A stretch of 64,000 bases of DNA from Squalus acanthias. Taxonomy: Eukaryota. Shown in pieces: positions 35,990 to 49,495 of the stretch. The DNA lies in NCBI GenBank assembly GCA_030390025.1, contig CM059425.1:164178001-164242000 (forward strand). Reading direction: 5' to 3'. A model generated the notes under the pieces. It was not told the origin of the DNA and made no database searches. It saw only the letters and a program-made list of their open reading frames with translations. Position 1 is the first letter of the stretch. Each line of letters starts with the position of its first letter. The position numbers and the translations under genes are program-made.

Positions 35990-38162
35990 ATGGCACAAAA
36001 TGGCAGAGAGAAGGCTCCCAGATTTTCAGATGCAGCACTCAAGGCCCTGGTGCAGGAGATGGACAGGAGGAGAGGTGTCCTCTATCCACGGGGGCTAGGA
36101 GGCCCCCCAGACACATGCTGAGAAGGGAATGGGAGCAGATAGCTGTCGCAGTCAATGCAAGCAGTATAGCCCCGAGGACCTGGATGCAGTGCAGGAAGAC
36201 GTTTAATGACCTCACATGAGTGGTCAAGGTGAGTGAAGACTTCAGTAATTGCCATATCCCAACAACTGCACCACAAGCCTCACACACTACTCAATGCACC
36301 ACACCCCCCATCACTCACCTACCAACAACCTCAAGCTATCACCACTCATACCTCACAATCATAGCTTCACCTCACCTTCACACACTTACCAATGCTGCTA
36401 ACCTCACACCCACATCTCACACCTTGCACACACTGCCAGCTATTCAACCATGACGGGCATATCACCCAAACATATTGCATCACACTCACTGACACACTTT
36501 CCTCTCTCTTGCAGGACAAGGTGGCTCATAACCGGCGGCAGCAGGATCTAACCGGCAGGGGACAGGTGCGTCTGCATGAACTGACCCCCATGGAGGAGAC
36601 GGTGCTGGAGATAATTGGAGCGGCCATCGCTGAGCCCGTGGCCAGCGGCGGGTTGAAACAATACAAGATCACGGTATCCTCATACCTAATCCTCCATACC
36701 TAATCCTCCTTCTCACATCCCACTTCCCCCTCATTCCCACAATGTCTTCTGATTTACAAGTTGCACATGGTGTAAGCATGCACATCCTGCTTTCCCCTTC
36801 CCCTCACTGCAACCCTGCCCTTGTGCCTTTCTCCTTTCAGATAGCCAAGAACTGCAACCTGGACAGGCAGTGGTGGAGGAGCAGGAAGTGCAAGAGGAAG
36901 AATGATGTGATGCAGAAGATGCATCATCACTCAATTTAACACTCGCAGCCACCAGCTCAGATACTGACACTCAGTATACTTTAGAGGACAGCTTAGACGC
37001 GGGATCTGCACTTGGTGACACACTGGGCACGAGTGGCCTGCAGCTAGGGCAGGGGACAAGGGTAGCGCAGGTGCCAGCTCAACACAGGCGAGGTCGCACA
37101 TGACTTCTGCTGCAGAGGACTCAGATGAAGACTTCAATGGGGCGGCCTACAGAAGAAGGCTGATGGGTATGCATAATGAAATGCTTGGTGCATTGCCAGG
37201 CCTGCCAGAAAGCCTGAGTGCAATGTCAAGGAGCATGGAGGAGTCCAGGACCAACCTTGAACAGGGCTTTGCACAGAGCTTGGAGCCCATGATTTCCAGC
37301 GTGGAAGTGATGGGCAACTCCATTAGCACACTTATGGATCCAACCATGATGCAGCGTCTAATGGCCAATGTCTCAGCTTCCATTGCAGCACAAGCAGAAG
37401 CTACCCAACATCTGAGTGTTGCAGTGGAAGCTCAGACTTCTGTCATGCAACCTCAACTTGCTGCCACACAAGCACAGACTGCTGCCATCATGGCTGTGGT
37501 TACCAGTGTACAAAGGGGCTTGCAGGGTGTCACAGCAGTGCAGCAATACGTCCTCCAACAGATTACTAGGATTGCTGAGGCGCCGCCCCAGGGGAGTGGC
37601 AGTGGCTCCATGGAGCACAAACCTGCTGTCCTCTCTCAGGATAAAAATGAGAAGTCGCACAACACCAGGTTATAGTCCAACAGATTTATTTAAAATTTGT
37701 AACTTTATTGTAACTTATTTGTAACTTTAGCTGAAGAAGGGGCGATCGATAGCTCCGAAAGCTTGTAATTTTAAATAAATCTGTTGGACTATAACCTGGT
37801 GTTGTGCGACTTCTCATTTTTGTCCACCCCAGTCCAACACCGGCATCTCCGCATCACTCTCTCAGGATGACAGCATTCGTCCTCCCACCATTGCCACTCC
37901 GCCAGAGCCCTTGCTTTTGCCCGTCAGCTAGCCAACCCAGACTACTGCCACCCATGCTGAGGTGGTGCAGTCTGAAGCCAGGCCTTCTAAGCCCAGAGAT
38001 GCTTGAGGTCGTCCTGCAAGGCCATCTGCAGTCTCCTCGACTGAAAGTCAGCAGCCTTCCACCAGCCATGCTGCAGCCACTGGGGTAGCACTGCGTAGTT
38101 GCACTATGACAGGCAAAGGCACACAGAAGACAGACACTACGGGAATGCACAAGGGTGATTAG
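35990..38162 (+). pseudogene. Harbinger Myb/SANT gene copy 2 (exons 35990-36228, 36515-36673, 36841-38162)
   Basis: MAQNGREKAPRFSDAAL...WEQIAVAVNA...RTWMQCRKTFNDL; GT/AG sites conserved with copy 1. Confidence 0.8.
37643..37856 (+). mobile_element. Short Penelope-derived hairpin insertion with hammerhead motif
   Basis: Perfect 55-bp inverted repeat (37643-37697 / 37767-37821), CTGAAGA...GAAA core at 37731-37760, 12-bp TSD CTCTCTCAGGAT (37631-37642, 37857-37868). Confidence 0.8.
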
Positions 38163-39594
38163 TTGACTTTGGCATGTAATATTAGTTGGTTTCATTTATA
38201 AATTTGATTTGGAATTTTTTTTGTGGTATCTTTATTTGTAGCACTGTGGCCAAGAGGATGCTGTGATGGCCAGTAACAGAGGGAAGGTAAGGTGTGGGAC
38301 TGTTGATGAATGGGGAATTGGGGTTGCGTTCACTGGTACTGCAGTCGAATGAGTAGATCACAGACAGCCCCGCCAGAAAGGAGCTGTATTGGTTGCCTCC
38401 TTCTTTCCTCCTCCTCCTCCTCTTCCTCTGGCAAGTACAGCAGGGCTCCTTCAGAGCAGTCCAGGCAGTGGAATCACTGTTTAAGCACGCCAATGCTCTG
38501 CTCTATCGGATTCCATGTGGCAGCATGGCTTTCGTTATATGAATGCTGCCCACGTGTGCGTGGGTTGCGCAGTGGATTCATGAACCAGCTGGTCAGCGGA
38601 TCGCACTTGTTGCCCAGTAGCCACCCTCTGGTTTATCGTGGTGGGTCAAAGACTGAAGGAACAGCGGACTGCTGCAGAATAAAAGCATCATGACTGCTGC
38701 CAGGATACCGGGCATTCACCATCATGATGTGCTGAGCTTGGTCACACACCAACTGCACATTCAACGAGTGGAAACCTTTGCAGTTGCGGTACATCTCAGC
38801 ATTTAGATGCGGCTCTCCACAAAGCCACTTGCATGCAGTCAATGGCACCCTGCACTATGGGGAAGCCCGCTATCCTGGCAAAGCCACATGCACATTCCGC
38901 CTGCTTCTCTCTATTCCGAGGGAAGACAATTAAGTCCCTTCTCCTGGCATAAAGAGCTTCTGTCACCTCTCTTATGCAGCAGTGGACAGCGCACTGGGAG
39001 ATGTTACAGATGTCGCCTGCTCCAGCCTGGAAGGATCAGCGTCGACAGCGGGGGAGGAGGAGCCTTTCTTTCTTTCTCTCTCCCACAGAGCGGTCGGCAG
39101 CGGGGAAGGAGGAGCGGACCTGGTTGGAGCGGCAGAGGCCTGAGGTGAGTCAATAAAGGGAGGCCCGAGGCTCAGGTAGGCCTCAGACCAGCGTCGACAG
39201 CGGGGGAGGAGGAGCCTTTCTTTCTTTCTCTCTCCCACACAGCGGTCGGCAGCGGGGAAGGAGGAGCGGACCTGGTTGGAGCGGCAGAGGCTTGAGGTGA
39301 GTCATTAAACTCACCTATGTGGCCTTTTTCCCCAGCGGGGAAAGAGCTTCGCGGGCTTTTTCAAAGGCAGGGGGTGGGGCCAAATCATTGGTACCCGTAT
39401 ATAGGTGGAGTGGTTGCTAAACCCGAGACACTACACTAGTAGTGACTCCCACCCTCCCACCTCCTCTAACCTTTAGGGGTAGAGGGAATTTAAAAGGTAG
39501 GTTCGATTTTATATTTTGTTTTCAGGGACTTAACTCCTGGACCTAAGATAAATAAGTTTAAATTTTAGTAATAAAGTAACATAAGGGTTAAGTC

Positions 39595-40539
39595 ATGACA
39601 GGAAGTCTCGGACCCGTTTCATGCTCCTCCTGTGCCATGTGGGAAACCAGGGACACTTCCAGTGTCCCTGACAACTACGTGTGCGGGAAGTGTGTCCAGC
39701 TGCAGCTCCTGACAGCCCGCATGGCGGTGCTGGAGCTGCGGGTGGACTCACTCTGGAGCATGCACGATGCCGAGAACTCGGTGAATCGCTCATTTAGTGA
39801 GTTGTCCACACCGCACGTAAAGGCTAGGACAGACAGTGAATGGGTGACCAAGAAGCAGGGCAATATCAGGAAGGTAGTGCAGGAGTCCCCTGTGGTCATC
39901 TCCCTCCAAAACAGGTATGCCGCTTTGGATACTGTTGGGGGAGATGGCCTACCAGGGGAAGGCACTAGCAGCCAGGTTCATGGCACCATGGCTGGCTCTG
40001 CTGCACAGCAGGGTGGGAAAAAGAGTGGCAGGGCTATAGTGATAGGGGACTCAATTGTAAGGGGAATAGACAGGAGTTTCTGTGGCCGCAACTGAGATTC
40101 CAGGATGGTATGTTGCCTCCCTGGTGCAAGGGTCAAGGATGTCTCGGAGCGGCTGCAGAACATTCTGAAGAGGGAGGGTGAACAGCCAGCTGTCGTGGTG
40201 CATGTAGGTACCAACGATATAGGTAAAAAGCGGGAAGAGGTCCTACAAGCAGAATTTAGGGAGCTAGGAGCTAAATTAAATAGTAGGACCTCTAAGGTAG
40301 TAATCTCTGGATTGCTACCAGGGCCACGTGCTAATCAGAATAGAGAGAACAGGATAGTGAGATTGAATACGTGGCTTGAGCAGTGGTGCAGGAGGGAGGG
40401 ATTCAAATTCCTGAGGCATTGGAACCAGTTCTGGGGGAAGTGGGACCTGTACAAAAGGGACGGTCTGCACTTGGGCAGGACTGGAACCGATGTCCTCGGG
40501 GTAATATTTGCTAAAGCAGTTCGGGAGGATTTAAACTAA
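39595..40539 (+). pseudogene. CR1 ORF1: zinc finger, leucine zipper and SGNH esterase; one in-frame TGA at 40093
   Basis: CSSC...CGKC; VIGDSIV, HVGTND and DGLHL motifs; the two ORF-track pieces are in the same frame. Confidence 0.9.
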
Positions 40540-40586
40540 TATGGCAGGGGAATGGGAACCTATGTAGCGAAACAGGGGGAAGTAAT

Positions 40587-43523
40587 ATGCAGTCAGAAAC
40601 AAATGTTAGAAGGGTGAGAAACAATAGGGGAAGGCCGAGTAAACAAAGGCAAGAAACACAAAGGGCCATACTAAATCATAAGTCTAAAAGGACAAAGGAT
40701 GTTAATAAAACAAGCCTAAAGGCTCTGTGTCTTAATGCAAGGAGTATCCGTAATAAGGTGGATGAATTGACTGTGCAAATAGATGTTAACGGATACGATG
40801 TGATTGGGATTACAGAGACGTGGCTCCAGAACAATCAAGGCTGGGAACTGAACATCCAGGGGTATTCAACATTCAGAAAGGATAGAATAAAAGGAAAAGG
40901 GGGTGGGGTAGCATTGCTGGTTAAAGAGGAGATTAATGCAATAGCTAGGAAGGACATCAGCTTGGAGGATGTGGAATCAATATGGGTTGAGCTGCAGAAC
41001 ACCAAAGGGCAGAAAACATTAGTGGGAGTTGTGTACAGACCTCCAAACAGCAGTAGTGAGGTGGGGGAGGGTATGAAACAGGAAATCAGAGGTGCGTGCA
41101 AAAAAGGCACGACAGTTATCATGGGTGACTTTAATATGCATATAGATTGGGCTACTCAAACTGGAAGCAATACGGTGGAGGAGGATTTCCTGGAGTGTTT
41201 AAGGGATGGTTTCCTAAACCAATATGTTGAGGAACCAACTCGAGGGGAGGCCATCCTGGACTGGGTGTTGTGTAACGAGGAAGGACTAATCAGCAATCTT
41301 GTGGTACGAGGCCCCCTGGGGAAGAGTGACCATAGTATGGTGGAGTTCTACATTAGGATGGAGAAGGAAACAGTTAAGTCAGAGACCATGGTCCAGAACT
41401 TAAATAAGGGCAACTTTGAGGGTATGAGGCGTGAATTGGCGAGGTTAAATTGGCAAGCGATATTTAAGGGGCTATCAGTGGAAGGGCAATGGCAGACATT
41501 TAGAGATCGCATGGATGAACTACAACAATTGTACATCCCGGTCTGGCGTAAAAATAAAAAAGGGAAGGTGGCTCAACCATGGCTAACAAGGGAAATCAGG
41601 GATAGTATTAAAACCAAGGAAGTTGCATACAAATTGGCCAGAAGTAGCAGCAAACCCGGGGACTGGGAGAACTTCAAAACTCAGCAGAGGAGGACGAAGG
41701 GTTTGATTAGGGCAGGGAAAATAAAATACGAAAGGAAGCTTGCAGAGAACATTAAAATGGACTGCAAAAGCTTCTATAAATATGTAAAAAGAAAGAGGTT
41801 AGTAAAAACAAACGTAGGTCCCCTGCAGTCGGAAACAGGGGAAGTCGTAATGGGGAACAAGGAAATGGCAGATCAATTGAACAAGTACTTTGGTTCGGTG
41901 TTTACTGTGGAGGACACACACAACCTGCCGGAAATAAAAGGGGTCAGAGGATCTGGTAAGAGGGAGGAGCTGAGGGAAATCCTTATTAGTCGGGAAAAGG
42001 TATTGGGGAAATTGATGGGACTGAAGGCTGAAAAATCCCCGGGGCCTGATGGTCTGCATCCCAGAGTACTTAAGGAGGTGGCCTTGGAAATAGTGGATGC
42101 ATTGACGATCATTTTCCAACATTCCTTAGACTCTGGATCAGTTCCGATGGAGTGGAGGGTGGCCAATGTAACCCCTCTTTTTAAAAAAGGAGGGAGGGAG
42201 AAAGCAGGGAATTATAGACCGGTCAGCCTGACATCGGTCGTGGGTAAAATGATGGAAGCAATTATTAAAGATGTCATAACAGACCATTTGGAAAGTGGCG
42301 ACATGATAGGTCCAAGTCAGCATGGATTTGTGAAAGGGAAATCATGCTTGACAAATCTTCTGGAATTTTTTGAGGATGTTTCCAATAGGGTGGACAGGGG
42401 GGAACCAGTAGATGTGGTGTATTTGGACTTTCAGAAGGCCTTCGACAAGGTCCCACACAAGAGATTGGTGAGCAAAGTTAAAGCACATGGGATTGGGGGT
42501 AATGTGTTGACGTGGATTGAGAACTGGTTGGCACACAGGAAACAAAGAGTAGGAGTAAATGGGTACTTTTCAGAATGGCAGGCAGTGACCAGCGGGGTAC
42601 CGCAGGGTTCGGTGCTGGGACCCCAGCTGTTTACATTATATATTAATGATTTGGACGAAGGGATTAAATGTAATACCTCCAAATTTGCGGATGACACTAA
42701 ATTGGGAGGCAGTGTGAACAATGAGGAGGATGCTAGGAGGCTACAGAGTGACTTGGACAGGTTGGGTGAATGGGCAAATGTATGGCAGATGAAGTACAAT
42801 GTGGATAAATGTGAGGTTATCCACTTTGGTGGTAAAAATAGAGAGGCGGACTATTACCTGAATGGTGGCAGATTAGGGAAAGGGGAGGTGCAACGAGACC
42901 TGGGCATCATGGTACATCAGTCACTGAAGGTGGGAATGCAAGTGCAGCAGGCAGTCAAGAAAGCAAACGGAATGATGGCCTTCATAGTAAGGGGATTTGA
43001 GTACAGGAGTAGGGAGGTGATGCTGCAGTTGTACAGGGCCTTGGTGAGGCCACACCTGGAGTATTGTGCGCAGTTTTAGTCTCCTAACTTAAGGAAGGAC
43101 ATTCTTGCTATTGAGGGAGTGCAGCGAAGGTTCACTAGATTGATTCCTGGGATGGCCGGACTGACATATCAAGAAAGATTGGGTCAACTGAACTTGTATC
43201 CTCTGGAGTTCAGAAGAATGAGGGGGGATCTTATAGAGACATTTAAAATCCTGACTGGTTTAGACAAATTAGATGCGGGCAGAATGTTCCCAATGGTAGG
43301 GAAAACTAGAACCAGGGGTCACAGTCTAAGGATTAAGGGGAAGCCATTTAGGACTGAGCTGAGGAGGAACTTCTTCACCCAGAGAGTGGTGAATCTATGG
43401 AATTCTCTTCCACAGAAGGTTGTTGAGGCCAGTTCGCTAAATATATTCAAAAGGGAGTTAGATATAACACTCACAACTAGGGGGATCAAGGGGTATGGCG
43501 AGAAAGCAGGAATGGGGTACTGA
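40587..43523 (+). pseudogene. CR1 ORF2: APE endonuclease + reverse transcriptase; one in-frame TAG at 43077
   Basis: NARS, TETW, GDFN, SDH; YLDFQKAFDKV, GVPQGSVLGP, FADD; the frame continues after the stop. Confidence 0.95.
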
Positions 43524-45825
43524 GGTAGCATGTTCAGACATGAACGCATTGAATGGCGGTGCAGGCTCGAAGGACCGAATGGTCTACTCCTGTACCTATT
43601 TTCTATGTTTCTATGTTTCTATGATCCCGACGTGAGGAAATTCAGGGCCATGGTCACCTTCACAGTCACTGGCAGCGCTGTCCTTGCCCTGGTGTGAGGC
43701 TGTAGGTCTGGTTGCAAGAGGTGGCAGAGTTCTGTGAGCACCTCCTTCGTAAAGTGCATACGCCTCACACACTGCTCCTGGCTCAGGCTGAGGTAAGACA
43801 ATTGCTCTCAGAAGACCCTAGGTGGGTAAGGCCTCCTGGTGAGAGCCTTTCTCCCCTCCTCCTCCTCCCTCTGCGAGCAGCTTGTCCTCTTCTTTGCTGC
43901 CTCTGTTCCAGCTCCCTTTCATGCTGCAGGCCAAGTGGGATGACAACTACAGCACCCATGATTGGGAGCAAGTGGTCTGACCAGAACCCTTGAAGTCAGA
44001 ACCAAGGCCTTCTCCACTTGCAGCACCCACTCCCTGTCACCTCACCAACTTTAAAAAACTCTGGAAAGTTCCAAACATTTCCAAAAACTTACACAGAGCC
44101 AGTAGAAATTAATCTGCAACTAACTTGAGAGTGGTTGCTGATCCCTTTAAATATCGCTGGTGGGGTCCTGCTGCTGAATACATGCTCAGTTATGCGAGAT
44201 TAAGACAAGGTGTTAGCTCCAGCATTGAGGACGAAAATGGCAGCGCTGGCATCAAATCGTCATAATCTGCCCACTCAACATACTTCCGGCGCATGCACAT
44301 AACACCCACCCTACCGCCCTCACCAAAATGGCGTCTGGTGCAGCCTGCATCAAAAGTGTGCACACGCGACGCGGATGCCATTTTCAACACAAAATGGCAC
44401 CCATAACACTGAAAAATCGGGCGCTACGGAACCGAATTTCTAGCCCACAGGATTAGGTTTACAACAACTGCTCTACCTTGATGTTCCAACTATTTGCTTG
44501 AATAATTTATATTAATATGAGTTTTAATTATGGACGGTCACATAGATTCGGTCCAAAAGCCAAGTTACCCAAATCAAATGCTTAAATCTGTTCCAAGTCA
44601 AATCATGTCATTCGGATAGGTCACAACATGCGTCATTGAAAACATTTCTGGTTTTTATCCATTACAATATGCTTTATGTTAGATAATTCATCTTTTAAAA
44701 GACCTTTAGACAATCACCAGAAATCCAGAATGTCACTTTTTAATTTACAAGCTAAGATCCTGTACGATGATTTGAAAATGGGCTTGAGAAATAAATTCCA
44801 TTCTTGGCTGTGTTAAATTGAGTTTTTCATGCTTGGTTTAACAAGCAAAAGTTCACAAAATAATCAGCTCAGGGAGTAATAGGGTCTGTGTTACTAAGTC
44901 ACTGACATTCTGACTCTTGCAGTAGTTTCCATCTGGAATTTTCTTCATCATCAATATGTTACACATTACACTATTAGAGAACATAAACTGAGCCCAGGGG
45001 CACAAGCGTGTAACATTAATCAAGTGGGTATCCATCCAGTCCCAGGGGAACTCTTTAACCTACCCCCATCCCAGATTTCATTTGGAAAACTTTGAGAGAA
45101 TGGGATAGAAGACATAGACAGCTTACCCAGTTGAGCAGAACTGACAGAGAAACACAAGTCAGAATAGCTGAAAACAAAACAGAGTGCAGCTTCATCCAAC
45201 CAGGCAATGGAATATCTATTTTGCTATTAGTTGTAGTGGCAGAACAACTATAATTTTTAACATTTTGTGAAAAAGAACATGTCTGATTCTGAAATAAAGT
45301 CCTTTGGATCCCAAGACTACTTGAAAGACACAGACAGAATAAAAACAGTCAACTAAAACACAAAACAGAAAGCACTTGTTGTTTGATGCTGTTGGTAACT
45401 CCCATGCTTAAACGGACACTGATCCAGAAAGCAAAGAGATGTAATCTGTTTGGAAACAGCACAAGAATAATTTTTTTTTAAAGTTAGTCCACCCTAAGAG
45501 TAATTGTGGATAAGCTGAAACATTAATACTTATGACTAAAGTTACTATTATTTTATTTGTGTTCAGCTGGAAGATTAAAATGAAACATTTCTGCCCAGGA
45601 AAACTGTGCCCTTTTTACTACAGAGAGTACTTCCTGTGCTAAAAAACTGGAAACATATACTGCGGGATTGTCTCCAAAGTCTTGAATTTTCTTTGTATAA
45701 AACCTCGGTGAAGACCAAAGGTTTATAGAGCAGGACACCCCGCCAAGGTTCAAAAGTACAAACCCAAGACCACATATCGGATATTCCAGCACACATTGAG
45801 CACAATTTTCTAATCATTACTTGAT

Positions 45826-45954
45826 GTCAGCCTTGGCTCAGTGGTAGCACTCTCATCTCTGAGCCAGAAGGTCATGGGTTCAAACTCCACTCCAGAGGCT
45901 CAATCAAGCACATAATCTAAGCTGACACTTCAGTGCTACACTGTCGGAGATGAT
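45826..45954 (+). mobile_element. tRNA-derived SINE 5' part
   Basis: TGGCTCAGTGG and GGTTCAAACTCC boxes; truncated where Harbinger copy 3 begins. Confidence 0.8.
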
Positions 45955-47914
45955 GAACTAGAAATTTGATAAGGCCCGAAAATGGACGGTGGCACCGGCC
46001 AGCGCTATTTGCCTGCGGCTCTTCTAAGTGGTGCCTGCTCATTAACATGGTTGGAACGCTGATCTCAGCGCTAAACGTGCTGTTGATTGGCTTAGCACTC
46101 AACGGGGAGGCCAATATCGGGTGCAGTCTACTGGCCAATAAAGTTTGGCCTAGGCTCTCTCCACTACTTAAAGGGGGAGGTGCATTGTTGCAGAAGCACC
46201 TCATTGTCAGTCTGGAGTAACAATGGCACAATGACCTAGAGAACGAGCTGGACAATTTTCAGATGTTGCACTGGAGGCCTTGGTCCGGGGGGTCCAACGA
46301 AGCTGGGCTGTCCTTTACCCACAGGGAGGCAAGAGGCCATCCAAGGTCAATTGCAGAAGGTTATGGGAAGAGATAGAGCAATCTGTCATGGCCACCAGTG
46401 TTGCCCCAAGGGAACCTGGATCCAATGCCGGAAAAAGTTGCTGGTCAAGGTGAGTGAAGGCTTCAGCAGATGCCATATCCCACCATCTGCACCACAAGCC
46501 TCACACATTGCTCAATGCACCACACGCCCATCACTCATCTACCAATAATCTCTAGCTATCACTACTCATAGCTTACAATCATAACTTCGCTTCACCCTCA
46601 CACACTTACCATTGCTGTAACACTCATACCCACATCTCACGCCTGGCACACACTGACAGCTATTCAACCATGGCAGGCACATCACCCAAACACATTGCAC
46701 CACACTCACTGACACACTTCCCTTTCCCTTGCAGGCCAAGGTGGCTCACAACAGGAGAGAGCAACAACAGACGGGAGGCAGCCAAGTCTCAATTGAGAAC
46801 CTGACGGACCTCGAGGAATCTGTCCTTGAAATTATTGGCAGGGCAGTGACGGAGCCCGTGGCCAGCGGAGAAATTGAAACCATTGCTGATGATGATGGTA
46901 TGGTCATACCTAGTCCTTCTTCTCACATCCCACTTCCCCCTCATCCCACAATATCTTCTCACTTACAAGCCGCTGATGGTGTATGCATGGATATCTTGAT
47001 TTCGCCCCCTCCCCTCACACAACCCAACCCTTGTGCATTTCTGCTTTCAGATACCCAAAAAGTGCCACCAGCACAGCCAGCCAGCCAGCCCAGACTGCTG
47101 CCGCCCATGCCGAGGTGGTGCAGTCCACAGCCGGGCCTTCTGGGTCTACAGCTGGTTGAAGTCGTCCTGCAAGGCCATCTGCAGTCTCCCCCACGGAAAC
47201 TCAGCAGCCTTCCACCAGCCATGCTGCAGCCACTGGGGGAGCACTGCACAGGAGCACTAGGTAAAGGCGTACGACAGACAGACAGACACAAAGGGAATGC
47301 ACAAGGGTGAATAGTTGAGATTGTCATTTTGATTGGATTTGGATAAATTTATGAATTTTGTTTGGAATGTGTGTATCGTGGTGGCTCTCATTTCAGCTTT
47401 GTGCCCAGGAGGACGCTGTGATGTTCCATGACAGAGGGATGGTAAGATGGGGAAGTGGTGAGCAACAGGGATCTGGGATTTCAATCAGTCAAATCAGAGT
47501 CTGATGAGGCACTCATGGACAGCTCGTCCGGAATGAGGATTTGCTACCTGCCTCCTCCTCCTCCTCCTCCTCTTCCTCTGCCTCCTCCTCTCCTCCTCTT
47601 CCTCTGCCTCCTCCTCTTCCTCCTCTTCTTCTTGCTCCTGAGGTAGTCCCGCAACCTGGTGGCAAGGGCTGCATCTTCATGATGGCTCCTCCCGAGCAGT
47701 CAAGGCAGCAGAACCGTTGCTTGAGCACCCCAATGATCTGCTCGATGATGTTCCTGGTGGCAGCATGATTCTCATTATATGAGTGCTGGCCACGAGTAGT
47801 GGGGTTGCAGAGTTACACAGCGGATAGCCCTTGTCTCCGAGCAGCCACCCTTGGATTTTGCATGCTGGCTGGAAGATTGCTGGAACACCAGCCTGGCGCT
47901 GAATGAAGGCATCA
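45955..47914. mobile_element. PIF/Harbinger copy 3, left part only
   Basis: Myb exons 46223-46449, 46735-46897 and internally deleted exon 3 (47051-47313); transposase C-terminus on the minus strand (LKQRFCCLD, acidic tract). Confidence 0.85.
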
Positions 47915-49495
47915 TATGCTTAGAGGCGCAGGGCAAGGCTAGAATACTCAATGAGTACTTTGTATCGGTGTTTACTAAGGAGGTGGATGCTGACAAAATA
48001 TCAGTAGAAGTGGAAAAGGTAGAAGCAATGGAAGGGGTGAAAATTGATAGACAGGAAGTACTAGAAAGGCTGGGTTTGCTTAGAGTGGACAGTCGCCTGG
48101 TCCAGATGGCTTGCATCCCAGGTTACTAAGGGAATTGGGGGAGGAGATAGCAGAAGGGCTTGCCATAATTTTCCAATCTTCCCCAGATGCGGGGGAGGTG
48201 CCTGAGGATTGGAAAGTGGTAAATGTGACACCATTGTTCAAAAAAGGGTGTAAGGACAATCCCAGTAACTACAGGCCGGTCAGTTTAACATCAGTGGTGG
48301 GTAAAGTTTTAGAAACAATAATCAAGGAAAAAATTAACAGGCACTTGGAGAGGTTTAAGTTAATTAAGGAGAGCCAACACGGATTTGTAAAAGGCAGATC
48401 GTGTTTGACTAATCTAATTGAATTTTTTGATAAAGTAACAGAGAGGATTGATGAAGGGAATGCAATGGATGTTGTCTACATGGATTTTTAGGAAGACATT
48501 TGACAAAGTACCACATAGAAGGCTGGTTAACGAAATTGAGGCTCATGGAATAGGTGGGTCAGTGGCAGCTTGGATAAGGAATTGGCTTAAGGACAGAAAA
48601 CAGCGAGTTGTGGTAAATGGCTGTTTTTCAGACTGGAGGATGGTAGACAGTGGTGTTCCCCAAGAGTCAGTGCTGGGGCCACTGCTTTTTTTGATATATA
48701 TAAATGACCTGGATATTGGAATACAGAGTAGAATTTCTAAATTTGCCTATGACACCAAACTTGGGGGTGTTTCAAACAGTGAGGATGATACCAATCAACT
48801 GCAACAGGACATAGAAAGGCTAGCAGAATGGGCAGACAAGTGGCAGATGGAATTTAATACAGAGAAGTGTAAGGTGATGCATTTTGGCAGAAGGAACAGG
48901 GAGAGGCAATATACACTTAATGGCACAGTTTTAAAGAGTATGCAGGGACAGAGGGACCTGGGGGTTAATGTGCATAGGTCCCTGAAGGTGGCAGGACATA
49001 TTGAGAGAGTGTTTAGCAAAGCATATGGGATCTTGGGCTTCATAAATAGAGGTATTGAGTACAAAAGTAGAGGAGTTATGCTGAACCTTTATAAAGCGCT
49101 GGTTAGGCCACAACTGGAGTATTGCGTCCAGTTCTGGTCACCACACTTTAGGAAGGATGTGAAGGCCCTTGAGAGGGTGCAGAGGAGATTTACCAGAATG
49201 GTTCCGGGGATGGAGGATCTTAGCTACAAGGACAGGTTGGAGAAGCTGGATTTATTTTCACTAGAGCAAAGGAGGCTGAGGGGTGATTTGATAGAGGTGT
49301 ACAAGATTATGACGGGTTTGGATAGGCTAGACAGAAAGGCTGTTCCCATTAGTTGATGGTACAAGGACTTGGGGACACAGATTTAAGGTTTTGGGCAAGA
49401 GATACAGGGGGATGTGAGGGAAAACTTTTTTATGCAGCGAGTGGTGAGGACCTCGAATTCACTGCTGACAGAAGTGGTGGAAGCGGAGACACTCA
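47915..49495 (+). mobile_element. CR1 ORF2 RT fragment, truncated at both ends
   Basis: ORFs 48111-48491 and 48448-49356 with RT motifs; 3' UTR absent. Confidence 0.92.

Larger units (their letters stand above)
39038..43622 (+). mobile_element. Full-length young CR1 LINE
   Basis: Tandem 152-bp 5' UTR units, ORF1, ORF2, (tttctatg)n tail, TSD GATC (39034-39037, 43623-43626). Confidence 0.96.
38330..43959 (-). pseudogene. HARBI1-like transposase copy 2, split by a CR1 (43959-43623 and 39037-38330)
   Basis: ALPVTVKVTMALNFLTSGS continues across the CR1 into YRNCKGFHSLNVQLVCD...ARYPGSSHDAFIL. Confidence 0.88.
35673..44446. mobile_element. PIF/Harbinger DNA transposon copy 2, with two nested retroelements
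   Basis: TIR GGCCTAGAAATTGG / CGAATTTCTAGCCC, flanks AAA / ACA; Myb gene (+) and transposase (-). Confidence 0.9.

Noticed and set aside
39038..39309. CRISPR-like direct repeats
   Set aside because: Two long tandem units of a CR1 5' UTR in eukaryotic DNA; no spacers or cas genes
44850..45820. Unexplained non-repetitive stretch with short ORFs
   Set aside because: No motif, termini or TSD that I can support
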